A DNA stretch of 64,000 nucleotides from NCBI GenBank assembly GCA_037968415.1, contig JBBKVM010000043.1, positions 1,082-65,081 on the forward strand, in the 5' to 3' direction. The notes below the pieces were generated by a model. That model made no database searches. It saw only the letters and a list, made by a program, of their open reading frames with translations, and was not told the origin of the DNA. The stretch's first letter is position 1, and each line of letters begins with the position of its first letter. Below are positions 11,201 through 21,832 of the stretch, piece after piece. Source of the DNA: Bacteroidia bacterium (lineage in GTDB: Bacteria > Bacteroidota > Bacteroidia > AKYH767-A > JBBKVM01). Both the position numbers and the translations under genes were made by a program.

Positions 11201-11967
11201 GTGAGCTGGTGGATGAATACAACCGCATGGTGGAGGAACTGATGCGCAGTGCTGAATTGCTGGCACGCAGCGAGCGCGAAAGCGCCTGGCGCGAAATGGC
11301 CAAACAGGTGGCCCACGAAATAAAAAATCCGCTCACACCTATGAAGCTTAGCGTGCAACATCTGCAACGACTAATGATTGCTGATGGGGGGGAAAGTGAC
11401 AACAAATTCGATCGCATCACACGCACCATACTTGAACAGATAGATGCGCTGACAACCATCGCCAACGAGTTTTCAAACTTTGCCAAAATGCCTCGCGCAC
11501 AAGAAGCCGAGTGCGACCTGGTGGAAATTGTACAGCAGGTGGTAAACCTTTATGGACAAGAAGATAACACAGAAGTAATTTACCACCCACCCGCGCACAC
11601 CCTGCCTTTGATGGCCGACAAAGGGTTGCTTGCACGCGCGTTTTCCAACATAATCAAAAATGCGATACAGGCAATACCGGAAGAACGCAAAGGAATGATT
11701 TCAGTCAAGACCACCAGTGTCGATGGTGAAGTGCATACCACCGTCACCGACAACGGTATTGGCATAGAGAAAGAGATGCGAGACAAAATATTTCAACCCA
11801 ATTTCACCACCAAAAGCGGGGGCATGGGCTTGGGGCTTTCTATGGTGAAGAGCATTATAGAAACTGCCGGGGGCGATATTTGGTTTGAATCCGATATCGA
11901 GAAAGGTACTGTGTTTCATGTGATGTTACCACTGCACGAAACCTATGAAGCAAGGAACTCAAATTAA
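8242..11967 (+). CDS. Multi-TM sensor histidine kinase (NtrY-like: HAMP, HisKA, HATPase)
   Basis: AWREMAKQVAHEIKNPLTP H-box, NIIKNAIQA N-box, DNGIGI, FTTKSGGMGLGL; many TM segments. Confidence 0.92.
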   Translation: MNKDFLKWVYISIAVTLIGYGTGRLLEWYYQSEYYYHTQVANVQSQLQSLESKASNYLADIKADIQKNGSENIFKNTRQHQIESERKGIYLLVFDNENLVYWSDKRIALQNIQESFSDNSRLLRTRNGLFAVVRDSLAHHQLIGLILIQSDYNYQNKYIQNEMNPLLPLWPGAKVLTSESEGARAVVDSEGRFVFGVEAGLAPVANSTIPDKAFWFYVLSLLGLLMLIYFVGKAVVAHSPNVWISLLYLLIVLLVRIACSVFEVPEFLFSFQAFNPVHYASSTLLSSLGEMFINVLFVFYALSFLHKYIVISDKLQYASQSGKMAMSITLLVGYFFGTLEVTRLFHGLIVNSSISFNVNNLFGLDGYTVIGYTVIAMMLFSLFVLANSIVSLFLRLGNKAFYRSFFIALIIIVCAWIIAGTSGLFSNFDLMQYMWSIVFLLTIYQVNNSPYFRYSLISIIPVIILFSAFGGYGVVKYGKEKELNSRKLLAQRLDKEQDHTAEYLYEDIERKVNEDKLLQGLMRNPFQNASTIERRINQLYLTGYWNKYERNIYIFDSLATLYNNPGNDTISFNTIERKVLEFGTPTENERLFFMVNSTGRTGYIGFLKVAGSNSGRDIGTIVIELRSRLVQEEIGFPELLLSGRVSSNLDLTGYSYALYNNERLISQHGTFPFPLKATAFGPMPVEQAFVESDGYSHLIFKRNEMSRVVLSKELDKPLDYLTLFSYLFAIFYLYLLLFTLLRFVPLRFFHFQRFTFRNRIQLVMLSLVFLSLSLIGSGTIYYIIHTYNKQKVFQLSDKANATLVAVDNEMAGIDFAPANFNEDMAIRLGRLSSALSAEFIVYDTAGSQLFSSQPKIFDQGLVSRKMDPEAFYHMALARESRFIHNESIGKLSYLAAYVPVRDNENMVKGYLGLPYFAKESELKNEISNFLVALINVYLLLFIIAVALALLVADRLTQPLGVIRERMSKIRLGKKNEPIVWRTHDEIGELVDEYNRMVEELMRSAELLARSERESAWREMAKQVAHEIKNPLTPMKLSVQHLQRLMIADGGESDNKFDRITRTILEQIDALTTIANEFSNFAKMPRAQEAECDLVEIVQQVVNLYGQEDNTEVIYHPPAHTLPLMADKGLLARAFSNIIKNAIQAIPEERKGMISVKTTSVDGEVHTTVTDNGIGIEKEMRDKIFQPNFTTKSGGMGLGLSMVKSIIETAGGDIWFESDIEKGTVFHVMLPLHETYEARNSN

Positions 11968-12034
11968 TTTTATTTTTGTGCACACAGCAAACAATATTAG
12001 GAACGCTATATTGAAGCGCTAAACCGATCACACA

Positions 12035-12442
12035 ATGAAAAGACCTATAAGGGTACTCATAGCCAAGGTGGGTCTCGATGGCCACGACCGCGGAGCCAAA
12101 ATCATCGCATCTTTTTTGCGCGATGCGGGCTTTGAGGTAATATACACCGGCTTGCGACAGACACCTGAAATGGTGGTAAATGCTGCGTTGCAGGAAGACG
12201 TAGATGCCATTGGCGTAAGCATTTTATCGGGAGCACACATGACGGTGTTTCCGAAAATTATGGAGCTGATGAAAGCCAAAGAGATGAACGATGTGTTGCT
12301 GACAGGTGGCGGAATTATTCCTTCCAAAGACATGGCGAAACTAAACGAGATGGGTGTAGGTCAACTGTTTGCTCCGGGCACCGATACCAAAGTGATTGTA
12401 GAATATATTAATGACTGGGTGAAAACAAACCGCCAGTTTTGA
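12035..12442 (+). CDS. Cobalamin-binding domain protein (methylmalonyl-CoA mutase C-terminal subunit type)
   Basis: [12 protein letters not shown] (DxHxxG), SILSGAH, GGIIP. Confidence 0.93.
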   Translation: MKRPIRVLIAKVGLDGHDRGAKIIASFLRDAGFEVIYTGLRQTPEMVVNAALQEDVDAIGVSILSGAHMTVFPKIMELMKAKEMNDVLLTGGGIIPSKDMAKLNEMGVGQLFAPGTDTKVIVEYINDWVKTNRQF

Positions 12443-12454
12443 AAAATCACACAC

Positions 12455-13234
12455 ATGGAATTTAAGAACATACTTACTACCACAACGGATGGAATACTTA
12501 CCATCACCATTAACCGTGAAGACAAGCTGAATGCGCTTAACAAACTAACCATCGAAGAAATTGGTGTGGCGATAAAGCAAGGAGCGCAGGACAAGCAAGT
12601 GCATGGTATGATCATCACGGGTGCGGGGCGCAAGGCATTTGTAGCGGGAGCTGATATCTCCGAATTTTCAAGTCACACTACAGAAGAAGGCACCGCGCTC
12701 AGCGCGCACGGCCACCGCGTGTTCGATTCTATCGAAGCATGCACCAAGCCGGTGATAGCGGCAGTTAATGGATTTGCACTGGGCGGTGGCTGCGAGTTGG
12801 CAATGGCTTGCCACCTTCGCGTGGCCGCAGACAATGCACGATTTGGGCAGCCCGAGGTGAAGTTGGGGCTTATACCAGGGTATGGCGGTACACAGCGCCT
12901 TCCACAGTTAATAGGAAAAAGTAAAGCTTTGGAATTGCTCATGACGGCTGATATGATAGATGCGGAGGAAGCGCTGCATTTGGGTTTGGTAAACTATGTA
13001 ACCACGCCCGATGAGTTGCTTGGTAAATGCAACGAGTTGTTAGCGAAAATAGCATTGCAGTCGCCAGCAGGTGTGGCGGGTGTTATCAAATGCGTAAATG
13101 CATACTATCAATCACACCGATCGGGATTTGAGTTTGAAATAAAATCATTTGGCGAGTGTTTCGACACAGGCGATTTTAAGGAAGGCACAGCAGCATTTCT
13201 CGAAAAGCGCAAACCCGCTTTTGAACGCAGTTAA
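12455..13234 (+). CDS. Enoyl-CoA hydratase/isomerase (crotonase family)
   Basis: AFVAGADI, GFALGGGCELAMAC, PEVKLGLIPGYGGTQRL. Confidence 0.95.
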   Translation: MEFKNILTTTTDGILTITINREDKLNALNKLTIEEIGVAIKQGAQDKQVHGMIITGAGRKAFVAGADISEFSSHTTEEGTALSAHGHRVFDSIEACTKPVIAAVNGFALGGGCELAMACHLRVAADNARFGQPEVKLGLIPGYGGTQRLPQLIGKSKALELLMTADMIDAEEALHLGLVNYVTTPDELLGKCNELLAKIALQSPAGVAGVIKCVNAYYQSHRSGFEFEIKSFGECFDTGDFKEGTAAFLEKRKPAFERS

Positions 13235-13240
13235 TCACAG

Positions 13241-13516
13241 ATGGACTCGAGTATAAGTTTGACAGTTACCGGCAAGGTGCAGGGAGTTTTTTTTAGAAAG
13301 TACACACAAGACAAAGCGCGCGAATTGGAACTGCGCGGATTTGTGCGCAACCAACCGGATGGGTCGGTATATGCTGAAGCCACAGGCAATGAGCACAACG
13401 TGGCTGCGTTTGTGGAATGGTGCCACGAAGGTTCGCCCATGTCGGAAGTAGCGGCTGTAAAAGTGAATAGCATAATTGTAAAACATATGAACACGTTTTC
13501 CATCACGCACATTTAA
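13241..13516 (+). CDS. acyP: Acylphosphatase
   Basis: GKVQGVFFR and GFVRNQPDGSV. Confidence 0.93.
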   Translation: MDSSISLTVTGKVQGVFFRKYTQDKARELELRGFVRNQPDGSVYAEATGNEHNVAAFVEWCHEGSPMSEVAAVKVNSIIVKHMNTFSITHI

Positions 13517-13555
13517 ACCACTGGCCGCTACGCACAGAAATATAATTCACCGCAC

Positions 13556-15028
13556 TTGACACAACTCAAAAAACTTGCAGGACAAACAGCCATCTACGGA
13601 TTGAGCAGTATTGTTGGCAGGTTGCTCAATTACTTTTTAGTGCCACTTTACACGCGTGTGTTTGTGCCCGAAGAGTATGGCGTGGTCACCGAGTTGTATA
13701 CCTATGTGGCATTTTTTCTGATCATCTACACCTACGGAACCGAAACCGCCTACTTCAGGTTTGTGCAAAACAAAACCAACAGCCTCAAGGTGTTCAGTAC
13801 GGCCATGTGGTCGCTGGCGGGTACTTCGTTTTTACTTTCCGGATCGTTGATTTTATTTTCTCAACCCATCGCCACCTTCATTGATTATCCCAATCACAGT
13901 GAGTACATCAGTTGGTTTGGTTTGATATTGGGTATGGATGCATTGAGCACCATTCCATTTGCAAAACTTCGCCAGGAAAACAAGGCATTGAAATTTGTCT
14001 TTATCAAACTGGTGAATATTGCGGTGAACATAGCGGGCAATTTATTTTTTCTGGTAATGTGTCCATATCTGATAGCACGGGGACTTGATGGATCATTGGG
14101 AACATGGTATGACCCGGCAATAGGTGTGGGCTATGTGTTTCTTTCTAACCTGATGGCCAGTGCGGTGGCTTTGGTTTTGCTCATCCCCACATTCAAAGAC
14201 ATACGCTGGGAGTTTGACAAATCGCTGTGGCGCGAAATGATTGTATACGCACTACCCCTGCTGGTGGCAGGCTTTGCGGGTATGATCAACGAAGCGTTGG
14301 ATCGTATCATGCTCAAATATTTTTTGCCGGCCGGCAGCAATACACTGGCCGATATTGGTATTTATGGCGCCAATTACAAACTCGCCATTTTCATGACATT
14401 GTTCATACAAACCTTTCGCTACGCGGCCGAGCCATTTTTCTTCTCACAGGCTCACCGACAGGATGCCCAACAAACCTACGCTCGGGTCATGAATTACTTC
14501 ATTATTGCAGGGGCACTCATTTTTCTCGCTGTCATGGTGTATCTCGATATAATCAAGGATCTGCTGGGCAGCGATTATCACGAAGGAGTTGCAATAGTGC
14601 CTATTCTGCTGATGGCAAACCTTTGCCTTGGTATTTATTACAACCTATCTGCGTGGTACAAAATTACCGGTAAAACAATGTATGGTGCGTATATCGCCAT
14701 CATGGGAGCTGGTATTACCATTGTGCTCAACATTATTCTTATTCCGCGTATGGGCTATATGGGCTCCGCTTGGACTACGCTTGCATGTTATGCCGCCATG
14801 ATGGTGGTCAGTTATATAGCCGGGCAAAAATTTTACCCGGTGCCATACAGCCTGCCAAAAGCTGCGGCATATGTGGGTCTGGCCATTGCGCTGGTATGGA
14901 TTCATGGCGCCCTTTCTGCTATGCTTGAAGCCTCGTTAATGTTGTCGGCAAGCATCGGTACTGCGCTGCTGCTTACCTACATAGTAGTGGGTTTCGTTTC
15001 TGAAAAACCGAAATTAAACGTACCTTGA
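13556..15028 (+). CDS. Oligosaccharide flippase (Wzx/MATE-like)
   Basis: [27 protein letters not shown] start, many TM helices; TTG start. Confidence 0.88.
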   Translation: MTQLKKLAGQTAIYGLSSIVGRLLNYFLVPLYTRVFVPEEYGVVTELYTYVAFFLIIYTYGTETAYFRFVQNKTNSLKVFSTAMWSLAGTSFLLSGSLILFSQPIATFIDYPNHSEYISWFGLILGMDALSTIPFAKLRQENKALKFVFIKLVNIAVNIAGNLFFLVMCPYLIARGLDGSLGTWYDPAIGVGYVFLSNLMASAVALVLLIPTFKDIRWEFDKSLWREMIVYALPLLVAGFAGMINEALDRIMLKYFLPAGSNTLADIGIYGANYKLAIFMTLFIQTFRYAAEPFFFSQAHRQDAQQTYARVMNYFIIAGALIFLAVMVYLDIIKDLLGSDYHEGVAIVPILLMANLCLGIYYNLSAWYKITGKTMYGAYIAIMGAGITIVLNIILIPRMGYMGSAWTTLACYAAMMVVSYIAGQKFYPVPYSLPKAAAYVGLAIALVWIHGALSAMLEASLMLSASIGTALLLTYIVVGFVSEKPKLNVP

Positions 15029-15057
15029 GCGACCATAAAAACACCCTTCCCACAGCA

Positions 15058-15492
15058 ATGAAAGTGAAGATAATAAACACATCTGCACACCCTGACCCCG
15101 CCTACGCCACCGCGCATGCCGCAGGAATGGATTTGAAAGCAAACCTTATCGAGCCGGTGGTGCTTGCACCTCTGCAGCGCGAACTTGTTTCCACCGGATT
15201 GTTCATTGAACTACCTGTGGGTTACGAAGCACAGATACGTCCACGCAGCGGCATGGCTTACAAGCAAGGTGTGACGGTATTAAATTCTCCTGGCACCATT
15301 GATGCCGATTACCGTGGCGAAGTAAAAGTGCTGCTGATTAACCTGAGCGATAAAGATGTCACCATAGAAAATGGTGATCGTATTGCACAGATGGTGGTAG
15401 CCACACACGCCTCCGTAGAATGGCAGCAGGCCGAAAAACTTTTGGAAACCCTACGGGGAGAAGGTGGTTTCGGACACACCGGCAACCAATAG
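15058..15492 (+). CDS. dut: dUTP diphosphatase
   Basis: [32 protein letters not shown]; start moved to ATG 15058. Confidence 0.96.
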   Translation: MKVKIINTSAHPDPAYATAHAAGMDLKANLIEPVVLAPLQRELVSTGLFIELPVGYEAQIRPRSGMAYKQGVTVLNSPGTIDADYRGEVKVLLINLSDKDVTIENGDRIAQMVVATHASVEWQQAEKLLETLRGEGGFGHTGNQ

Positions 15493-15535
15493 TTACTTTT
15501 TCATCACAGGTTTTAACAATACTCAACAAGCAACA

Positions 15536-16546
15536 ATGAAGATAATAGTGCCAATGGCAGGTATGGGCAAACGAATGAGGCCTCACACACTTACCATTCC
15601 AAAACCATTGATACCCGTAGCCGGCAAACCCATCGTACAGCGATTGGTCGAAGACATTACAAGCATGTGCGGAGAGAAAGTAGAAGAAATAGCCTACGTG
15701 ATAGGTGATTTTGGAAAAGAAGTAGAGCATCAGCTGGTGGCTATAGCCACAGCGTTGGGCGCCAAAGGCACCATTCATTATCAGCGCGAACCACTTGGCA
15801 CCGCGCACGCCATACTGTGTGCCGAATCTGCATTAAGCGGCAAAGTGGTGGTGGCATTTGCAGACACGCTTTTTCGTGCCGAGTTTAACGTGGCCAGCGC
15901 ACCAGCCAATGCTGATGGAGTGATTTGGGTGAAAGCCATTGAAGACCCGCGCGCATTTGGTGTGGTAAAAGTGGACAAGGATAATTTCATCACCGACTTT
16001 GTTGAAAAGCCTCAGCAGTTTGTGTCCGACCTTGCCATCATAGGCATATACTATTTCAATGACGGAGATAATCTGCGCAGCGAATTGCAGTATCTTATCG
16101 ACAACGACATAAAAGATAAAGGCGAATATCAACTCACCAATGCACTGCACAACATGCAGGCCAAAGGCAAAAAATTTGTGCCCGGCAAGGTAGATGAGTG
16201 GCTCGATTGTGGTAACAAAGATGCCACCGTGTACACTAATCAGCGTGTGCTGGAGTTTAATAAAAACGAAAAACTAGTTTCTGCCAAGGCAAAATTGACT
16301 GATACCATTATAATTCCGCCATGCTATATAGGCGATGATGTGGAAATTACCGCTTCGGTGATTGGACCGCACGTGTCGTTGGGTGATGGAACAATCGTTA
16401 CCAATTCAATAATCAGCAATGCCATCATTCAACAAAAAACAACAATAAAAGGTGCTGTGATAAACAACACCATGCTGGGAAGCCACGTGGTGGTAGAAGG
16501 TAACCCGCAGCAGTTAAGCCTTGGCGATTACAGCACACACAGTTGA
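15536..16546 (+). CDS. Sugar-phosphate nucleotidyltransferase
   Basis: MKIIVPMAGMGKRMRPHTLTIPKPL, PLGTAHA, C-terminal hexapeptide repeats; start set at ATG 15536. Confidence 0.92.
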   Translation: MKIIVPMAGMGKRMRPHTLTIPKPLIPVAGKPIVQRLVEDITSMCGEKVEEIAYVIGDFGKEVEHQLVAIATALGAKGTIHYQREPLGTAHAILCAESALSGKVVVAFADTLFRAEFNVASAPANADGVIWVKAIEDPRAFGVVKVDKDNFITDFVEKPQQFVSDLAIIGIYYFNDGDNLRSELQYLIDNDIKDKGEYQLTNALHNMQAKGKKFVPGKVDEWLDCGNKDATVYTNQRVLEFNKNEKLVSAKAKLTDTIIIPPCYIGDDVEITASVIGPHVSLGDGTIVTNSIISNAIIQQKTTIKGAVINNTMLGSHVVVEGNPQQLSLGDYSTHS

Positions 16547-16556
16547 AAGCAAACAA

Positions 16557-18317
16557 ATGATAAGTACATATAAAATAGGTTCTCTTTGGCTGGTGATTTT
16601 GGTGGCGCTGGCAGCATGCAAAAGCCCGCAAGGCACAACCGCCTCTTCTTCCGGAGGTGGCAACAACGCCAAGCAGGAAAGCAAGTTGAGCGAAAACGAA
16701 CGCATGGAGCTCACCTTCACGTACGTAAATGCCACCAAAGAAAAAATGCTTGGCAATCTCGATCGCGCGTCCGAACTTTTTGCACAGTGCATTCGCATTG
16801 ATGGAAGAAACCATGCAGCTATGTATGAACTGGCAGGAATTCTTTCTACACAGAACAAATTGAACGATGCATCATTTTTTGCACGTTCGGCTGTCAACCT
16901 CAATCCCGATAACGAGTGGTACCAGTTAATGCTGGCCGAAATATTGCGCAAAGCAAAAAGGTTTGATGATGCCGCAGCGGTATATGGCCGCTTGTCAAAA
17001 AAATATCCCGACCGAATTGATTTTCTTTTCGAACATGCCAACACGCTGGTAGCAGCAGGTAAAACTACTGAAGCATTAAAAGTGTTTGATAAAATAGAAT
17101 CGCAGCTGGGTGTGAGTCCTGAGTTGAGCATACAAAAAGAGCAGATGTGGTTGAAAATGAACCGCACCGACAAAGCCATTGAAGAGTTGGAGAAACTCAT
17201 TGCCGCATTTCCTACCGAAGCGCAGTACATGGGGATGCTGGCCGATCTTTATCAATCCAACAAGATGCCCGACAAGGCAATGGAGCTATACAAACGCATA
17301 GAAGCAATTGATCCCGGCAATCCGTTTGTAAATCTTTCGCTGGCTGATTATTACCGTGGCAAAGGCGAAAAAGAAAAATCGTTTGCTGAGCTGAAGAAAG
17401 CATTTTCGAGCCCGAAACTGGAGTTGGAAACCAAGATCAACATCTTGTCGTCATATTACACCATTGTGCAGCAACATCCAGAAATGATGGGGCAGGCTTT
17501 GGAACTGGCCGCGGAACTTGCGCGCGTGCATACAGAAAGCTCCAGCGCACATGCCATCTACGGAGATTTTTTATCCGCAGCCGAAAAACCACAAGAAGCC
17601 AAAGCACAATATTCCGAAGCGCTGAAAATAGATAAGACTAAGTTTTTGATTTGGCAGCAACTGCTACTCATTGATAGTGAGCTGAGCGACTTTGATACCA
17701 TGCTTTCGAGAAGCGAAGAGGCAAGTACACTGTTTCCGAGCCAACCGCTGATATTTTATTTCAACGGGGTAGCTCACTATCAAAAGAAAAATTATAATAA
17801 AGCCATTGATGCTTACAAGACCGCGCTGATGTTGGTGGTGGACAACAAAAATTTGCAGATACAATTGCATGCCAACATTGGCGATACTTACAATCAGATG
17901 AAAAAGTATGCGGATTCGGATGCCGCATATGACGAGGCTCTGGCGCTTGATCCTAACAACGCATTGGTATTGAATAATTACAGCTATTACCTTTCTGTGC
18001 GTGGCGAAAAACTCGATAAAGCCGAAAAGATGAGCAAGCTCAGCAACTCGCTGGAGCCCGCCAACTCATCGTATGAAGACACTTACGCTTGGATACTTTA
18101 CAAGAACGGCAACTATGCAGATGCACGCACATGGCTGGAAAAAGCAATGAAAAACGGAGGTGACAAAAGCGCAGTGATACTGGAGCATTATGGCGATGTA
18201 TTGTTTAAGCTGGGCGAAAAAGAAAAAGCATTAGAATACTGGAAGCGTGCGCAGGCTGCGGGCGAAGGCTCGGAGTTTTTGGCAAAAAAACTTGCTGAAA
18301 AAATAATGTATGAATAG
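16557..18317 (+). CDS. TPR lipoprotein
   Basis: Lipobox LAAC, tandem TPRs, NNYSYYL...YEDTYAWILY...ILEHYGD C-terminus. Confidence 0.85.
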   Translation: MISTYKIGSLWLVILVALAACKSPQGTTASSSGGGNNAKQESKLSENERMELTFTYVNATKEKMLGNLDRASELFAQCIRIDGRNHAAMYELAGILSTQNKLNDASFFARSAVNLNPDNEWYQLMLAEILRKAKRFDDAAAVYGRLSKKYPDRIDFLFEHANTLVAAGKTTEALKVFDKIESQLGVSPELSIQKEQMWLKMNRTDKAIEELEKLIAAFPTEAQYMGMLADLYQSNKMPDKAMELYKRIEAIDPGNPFVNLSLADYYRGKGEKEKSFAELKKAFSSPKLELETKINILSSYYTIVQQHPEMMGQALELAAELARVHTESSSAHAIYGDFLSAAEKPQEAKAQYSEALKIDKTKFLIWQQLLLIDSELSDFDTMLSRSEEASTLFPSQPLIFYFNGVAHYQKKNYNKAIDAYKTALMLVVDNKNLQIQLHANIGDTYNQMKKYADSDAAYDEALALDPNNALVLNNYSYYLSVRGEKLDKAEKMSKLSNSLEPANSSYEDTYAWILYKNGNYADARTWLEKAMKNGGDKSAVILEHYGDVLFKLGEKEKALEYWKRAQAAGEGSEFLAKKLAEKIMYE

Positions 18318-19143
18318 GTTGATGAACACAAGGTTTGTCAAAATATCATTGATGGTGGCAGTGTGCCTGGTGTGGAGCGTGGCGCTGACGGGATGCAAGA
18401 GCAAAAAGAAAGCGCTTGAAAAACCAGCACCCGAAGCGTTACCTGTTTCAGAGTTGATGGGCAAAGTACACACTGCTTCTTTTCAACCTGAATGGTTTTC
18501 GGGAAAAGCCGGTGTTACTTTCACACAGAAGAAAAGCAGCAATTCGTTTACCGCAAATATTCGCATACAAAAAGACAAAGTAATCTGGGCATCTATTACT
18601 CCGGGCCTGGGTATTGAGGTGGCAAGGGTGATTCTCACCCCCGACTCCATCAAACTTGTGAACAGGTTCGATAAAACTTATGTACAGCGCAACTTTGCAT
18701 ATCTCAGTAACTTGTTGCAAGCTCCGCTTGAATTCCAACATGTACAAGCGTTACTCATGGGAAACCATGTAGATTTTTTTCCGGAAATTGCTTTTGCCTC
18801 CATGGAAACCACGCCCGCAAATTTTGTACTATCGACCTCCCGCAAAGACGTGAACGCCAATGGAAACAATCAGGGCAAGTCAGTGAGAAAATCGATGCAT
18901 GTAAACGCACTTAGCTACCGCCCGGTGTTGATGGAGATGGAAGACATGGTTGCGAAGAAAAAAATTGTTGCAACCTATAGCGACTTTTCTACGATAAACA
19001 GTCAGTCGTTTGCCAACCAGAACCAAATTGTAGTACATGCGGAAGATAATGTGGAGCTAGACTTGCGCTGGTCGAAATTAAGCACCGAAGGGCCGTTGGA
19101 ATTCCCCTTCTCAATACCTGCCAACTATGAACCGATGCATTAA
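18310..19143 (+). CDS. DUF4292-family lipoprotein
   Basis: LTGC lipobox, IRIQKDKVIWASI...GIEVARVILTPDS, FPFSIPANYE; TPR-DUF4292-envC synteny. Confidence 0.8.
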   Translation: MNRLMNTRFVKISLMVAVCLVWSVALTGCKSKKKALEKPAPEALPVSELMGKVHTASFQPEWFSGKAGVTFTQKKSSNSFTANIRIQKDKVIWASITPGLGIEVARVILTPDSIKLVNRFDKTYVQRNFAYLSNLLQAPLEFQHVQALLMGNHVDFFPEIAFASMETTPANFVLSTSRKDVNANGNNQGKSVRKSMHVNALSYRPVLMEMEDMVAKKKIVATYSDFSTINSQSFANQNQIVVHAEDNVELDLRWSKLSTEGPLEFPFSIPANYEPMH

Positions 19144-20359
19144 ATATATGGTGTGCTTGCTGCTGCTGCTTGCACCCGTTGCTATGCATGCGCAATCGAA
19201 GCAGGAACTGGAAAACCGTAAAGCCAAACTGCGTAAGGAAATTACAGAAACCAACAAACTGCTAGAAGAAACCACACGGAGTCAGAAAGCCTCCCTCATT
19301 TCATTGCAGGCATTGAAGAAAAAAATCGCGGCACGCATCGAACTCATTCGTACCATCAACAGCGAAATAAGTCTGACCGATCAATTGATTGAATCCGCCA
19401 CTTCGAATATTGCCGACAAAGAACGCGAACTCAAAGAGCTGAAGGAGGAGTACGCCAAGATGATTTATTTCGCTTACAAAAATCAAAATGCATATCAGCG
19501 GATGATGTTTGTGTTTGCAGCGGATGATTTCAATCAGGCTTATAAACGCCTGAAATATATGCAGCAGTATGGTGCTTACCGGCAACAGCAGGCCGAACTG
19601 ATAGTGGAAAAGCGCAAAGAACTTGAAGTGAAAAAACAACAACTCGAAGAGGAGAAAAACAATAAAAAACGATTGCTTGGCAATGAGGTAAACGAAAGAA
19701 AATCGCTTGACAATGAGCAAAATGAGCAAATCACTCTTTTCAACTCACTGAAGAATACGGAAAAGAAACTACAGAGTGATTTGAAAGCCAAACAGCAGGC
19801 GGAAGCCAAGCTGAACAAAGCCATAGAAGACATAGTAAGGCGCGAGATAGAGGCTGCACGAAAGCGCGCGGAGGCCGCTGGGAAAAAGAATGTGACCACA
19901 GCCAATGCACTTACCATGACACCCGAAGCCGCCCGTTTGTCGTCAGACTTTGCCAGCAACAAAGGCAAATTGCCATGGCCGGTTGAGCAGGGTGTTATTA
20001 CCAGCACTTTTGGCGAACATCCACACCCTGTGCTTGCAGGCATAAAAACAAAAAACAACGGAATAGACATCAACACCAACAAAGGGGCAGTGGCCAGATC
20101 GCTTTTTGAAGGTGAAGTAACCGGGGTGGTAGTGATACCCGGTGCCAACAAAGCAGTGATTATAAGACATGGCGAATACCTTACCGTGTATAGCAACCTG
20201 GCCGATGTGATGGTGCGTATGGGTGAAAAAGTATCGACAAAACAACCGCTGGGCGTAGTGTACTATAATGCCGAGGAATCAAAATCGGAAATACACTTGG
20301 AGATATGGCAGAACATAAACAAGCTTGACCCTTCGGCATGGTTGTTTATGCGCAATTAA
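19127..20359 (+). CDS. envC: Murein hydrolase activator, EnvC family (coiled coil plus degenerate M23)
   Basis: Long coiled coil, KGKLPWPV, NNGIDI, IIRHGEYLTVYSNL. Confidence 0.85.
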   Translation: MNRCIKYMVCLLLLLAPVAMHAQSKQELENRKAKLRKEITETNKLLEETTRSQKASLISLQALKKKIAARIELIRTINSEISLTDQLIESATSNIADKERELKELKEEYAKMIYFAYKNQNAYQRMMFVFAADDFNQAYKRLKYMQQYGAYRQQQAELIVEKRKELEVKKQQLEEEKNNKKRLLGNEVNERKSLDNEQNEQITLFNSLKNTEKKLQSDLKAKQQAEAKLNKAIEDIVRREIEAARKRAEAAGKKNVTTANALTMTPEAARLSSDFASNKGKLPWPVEQGVITSTFGEHPHPVLAGIKTKNNGIDINTNKGAVARSLFEGEVTGVVVIPGANKAVIIRHGEYLTVYSNLADVMVRMGEKVSTKQPLGVVYYNAEESKSEIHLEIWQNINKLDPSAWLFMRN

Positions 20360-20406
20360 GGCCATTTTTTTCATACCTTTGACGACACATTTACAAACGG
20401 AATACA

Positions 20407-20595
20407 ATGCAACCATATACACTTCTCTGGAGCCTGGGCGGAACCGAAATATTCCTGATCATTTTTGTGATTCTGTTGCTTTTTGGCGCTAAGCGCATTC
20501 CCGAATTGGCCAAAGGCCTGGGCAAAGGCATCAAAGAATTTAAAGACGCCACCAAAGAAGAATCCGTTGACCAGAAGAAAGACAACAAAGAGTAA
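20407..20595 (+). CDS. tatA: Twin-arginine translocase TatA/E
   Basis: [24 protein letters not shown]. Confidence 0.95.
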   Translation: MQPYTLLWSLGGTEIFLIIFVILLLFGAKRIPELAKGLGKGIKEFKDATKEESVDQKKDNKE

Positions 20596-20653
20596 AACTT
20601 TCGGGTAGCTTACCGAATCAAACAATCACTTCTTTATTTTTTACATTCGTTGT

Positions 20654-21829
20654 ATGCTTTTGCGTATTGCGATATTTTTCACTGCATTGCTGATGGCCAA
20701 TGCCACATTCGGCCAAACATTTTTGGTGGGTCAGCGATCGCTGACCTTCGTAGATGCATCGCGAGCCAACCGGTCTATTCCTGTAGAGATTTTTTACCCC
20801 GCAACCACCGCAGGCACCAACACACCCATGGCCGGCAGCGCGGGCATTCGCTTTCCGGTCATCGCATTCGGTCATGGATTTGTGATGGGTGTATCAGCCT
20901 ACCAGAATATTGCTGATGGTGTGGTGCCGGCCGGATTTATCATTGTGATGCCTTCTACCGAGTCGGGCTTGTCGCCCAGCCACACAGAGTTTGCTAAAGA
21001 CCTGGCCTATCTCACCACAGCTATGCAGACAGAAGGCAATAATGTAAACTCGTTTTTTTACAACCGCATCGATTCTACTTCATGTGTGATGGGCCACAGC
21101 ATGGGCGGAGGAGCCAGTGTGCTGGCCATGCAATACAATTCATCTATCTCCGCACTTGCCAACCTAGCTGCCGCAGAAACCAACCCCTCGGCCATTGCTG
21201 CAGCCTCGCAAATAAATGTGCCTGCGCTCATCATTGCTACCAGTACAGATTGTGTTACACCGGCATCCTCCAATCAGCTTCCTATTTACAGCGACCTGCA
21301 AAGCAGCTGCAAGTTTTTTGTGAACATACTTGGTGGCAGCCACTGTCAGTTTGCCAACTACAACTTTAATTGCGCGTTGGGCGAGCTCACATGCACGCCA
21401 TCTCCTGTGCTAAGCCGCGCGCAACAGCACGCCATTATCAATCAGTTATTGGTGCCTTGGTTGAAGTACGTGCTGAAGGGCGATTGCATGGCTGGAGTCG
21501 ATTTTGAATCGTATGCCAACAACTCCCTTGATGTGGCTACCATACAATCATGTGCTGTGTGTGCGCCCACTGCTGTGAACGATGCCATTGGTGCCAGTCT
21601 CATTCAAGTGTATTTGAATTCTCAGTCTACGCTGCACCTGCAGTCGGCCAATGGTTGTGGCAATGCACGTTTTAGTTTGTTCGATTTGCACGGTCGTTTG
21701 TTGCTAAGTCGGGAGGTTGGAGCTGACCCTGTGGACATAGATTTGAAGAATGATTATAAAGCCGGCTTGTACTTGTGGCGTTTCGATTCGGAGTGCGAAT
21801 CGGTGGCCGGCAAAATTGTGTTGCAGTGA
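20654..21829 (+). CDS. Secreted alpha/beta hydrolase (chlorophyllase/dienelactone hydrolase-like) with a T9SS-type C-terminal domain
   Basis: Signal peptide, FGHGF, GHSMGGG nucleophile elbow, GGSHCQF; C-terminal LFDLHGR...GLYLW...GKIVLQ. Confidence 0.8.
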   Translation: MLLRIAIFFTALLMANATFGQTFLVGQRSLTFVDASRANRSIPVEIFYPATTAGTNTPMAGSAGIRFPVIAFGHGFVMGVSAYQNIADGVVPAGFIIVMPSTESGLSPSHTEFAKDLAYLTTAMQTEGNNVNSFFYNRIDSTSCVMGHSMGGGASVLAMQYNSSISALANLAAAETNPSAIAAASQINVPALIIATSTDCVTPASSNQLPIYSDLQSSCKFFVNILGGSHCQFANYNFNCALGELTCTPSPVLSRAQQHAIINQLLVPWLKYVLKGDCMAGVDFESYANNSLDVATIQSCAVCAPTAVNDAIGASLIQVYLNSQSTLHLQSANGCGNARFSLFDLHGRLLLSREVGADPVDIDLKNDYKAGLYLWRFDSECESVAGKIVLQ

Positions 21830-21832
21830 TGC

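Noticed and set aside
12035..12442. Stand-alone B12-binding protein as a novel system
   Set aside because: Split methylmalonyl-CoA mutase subunits near crotonase-family genes are common.
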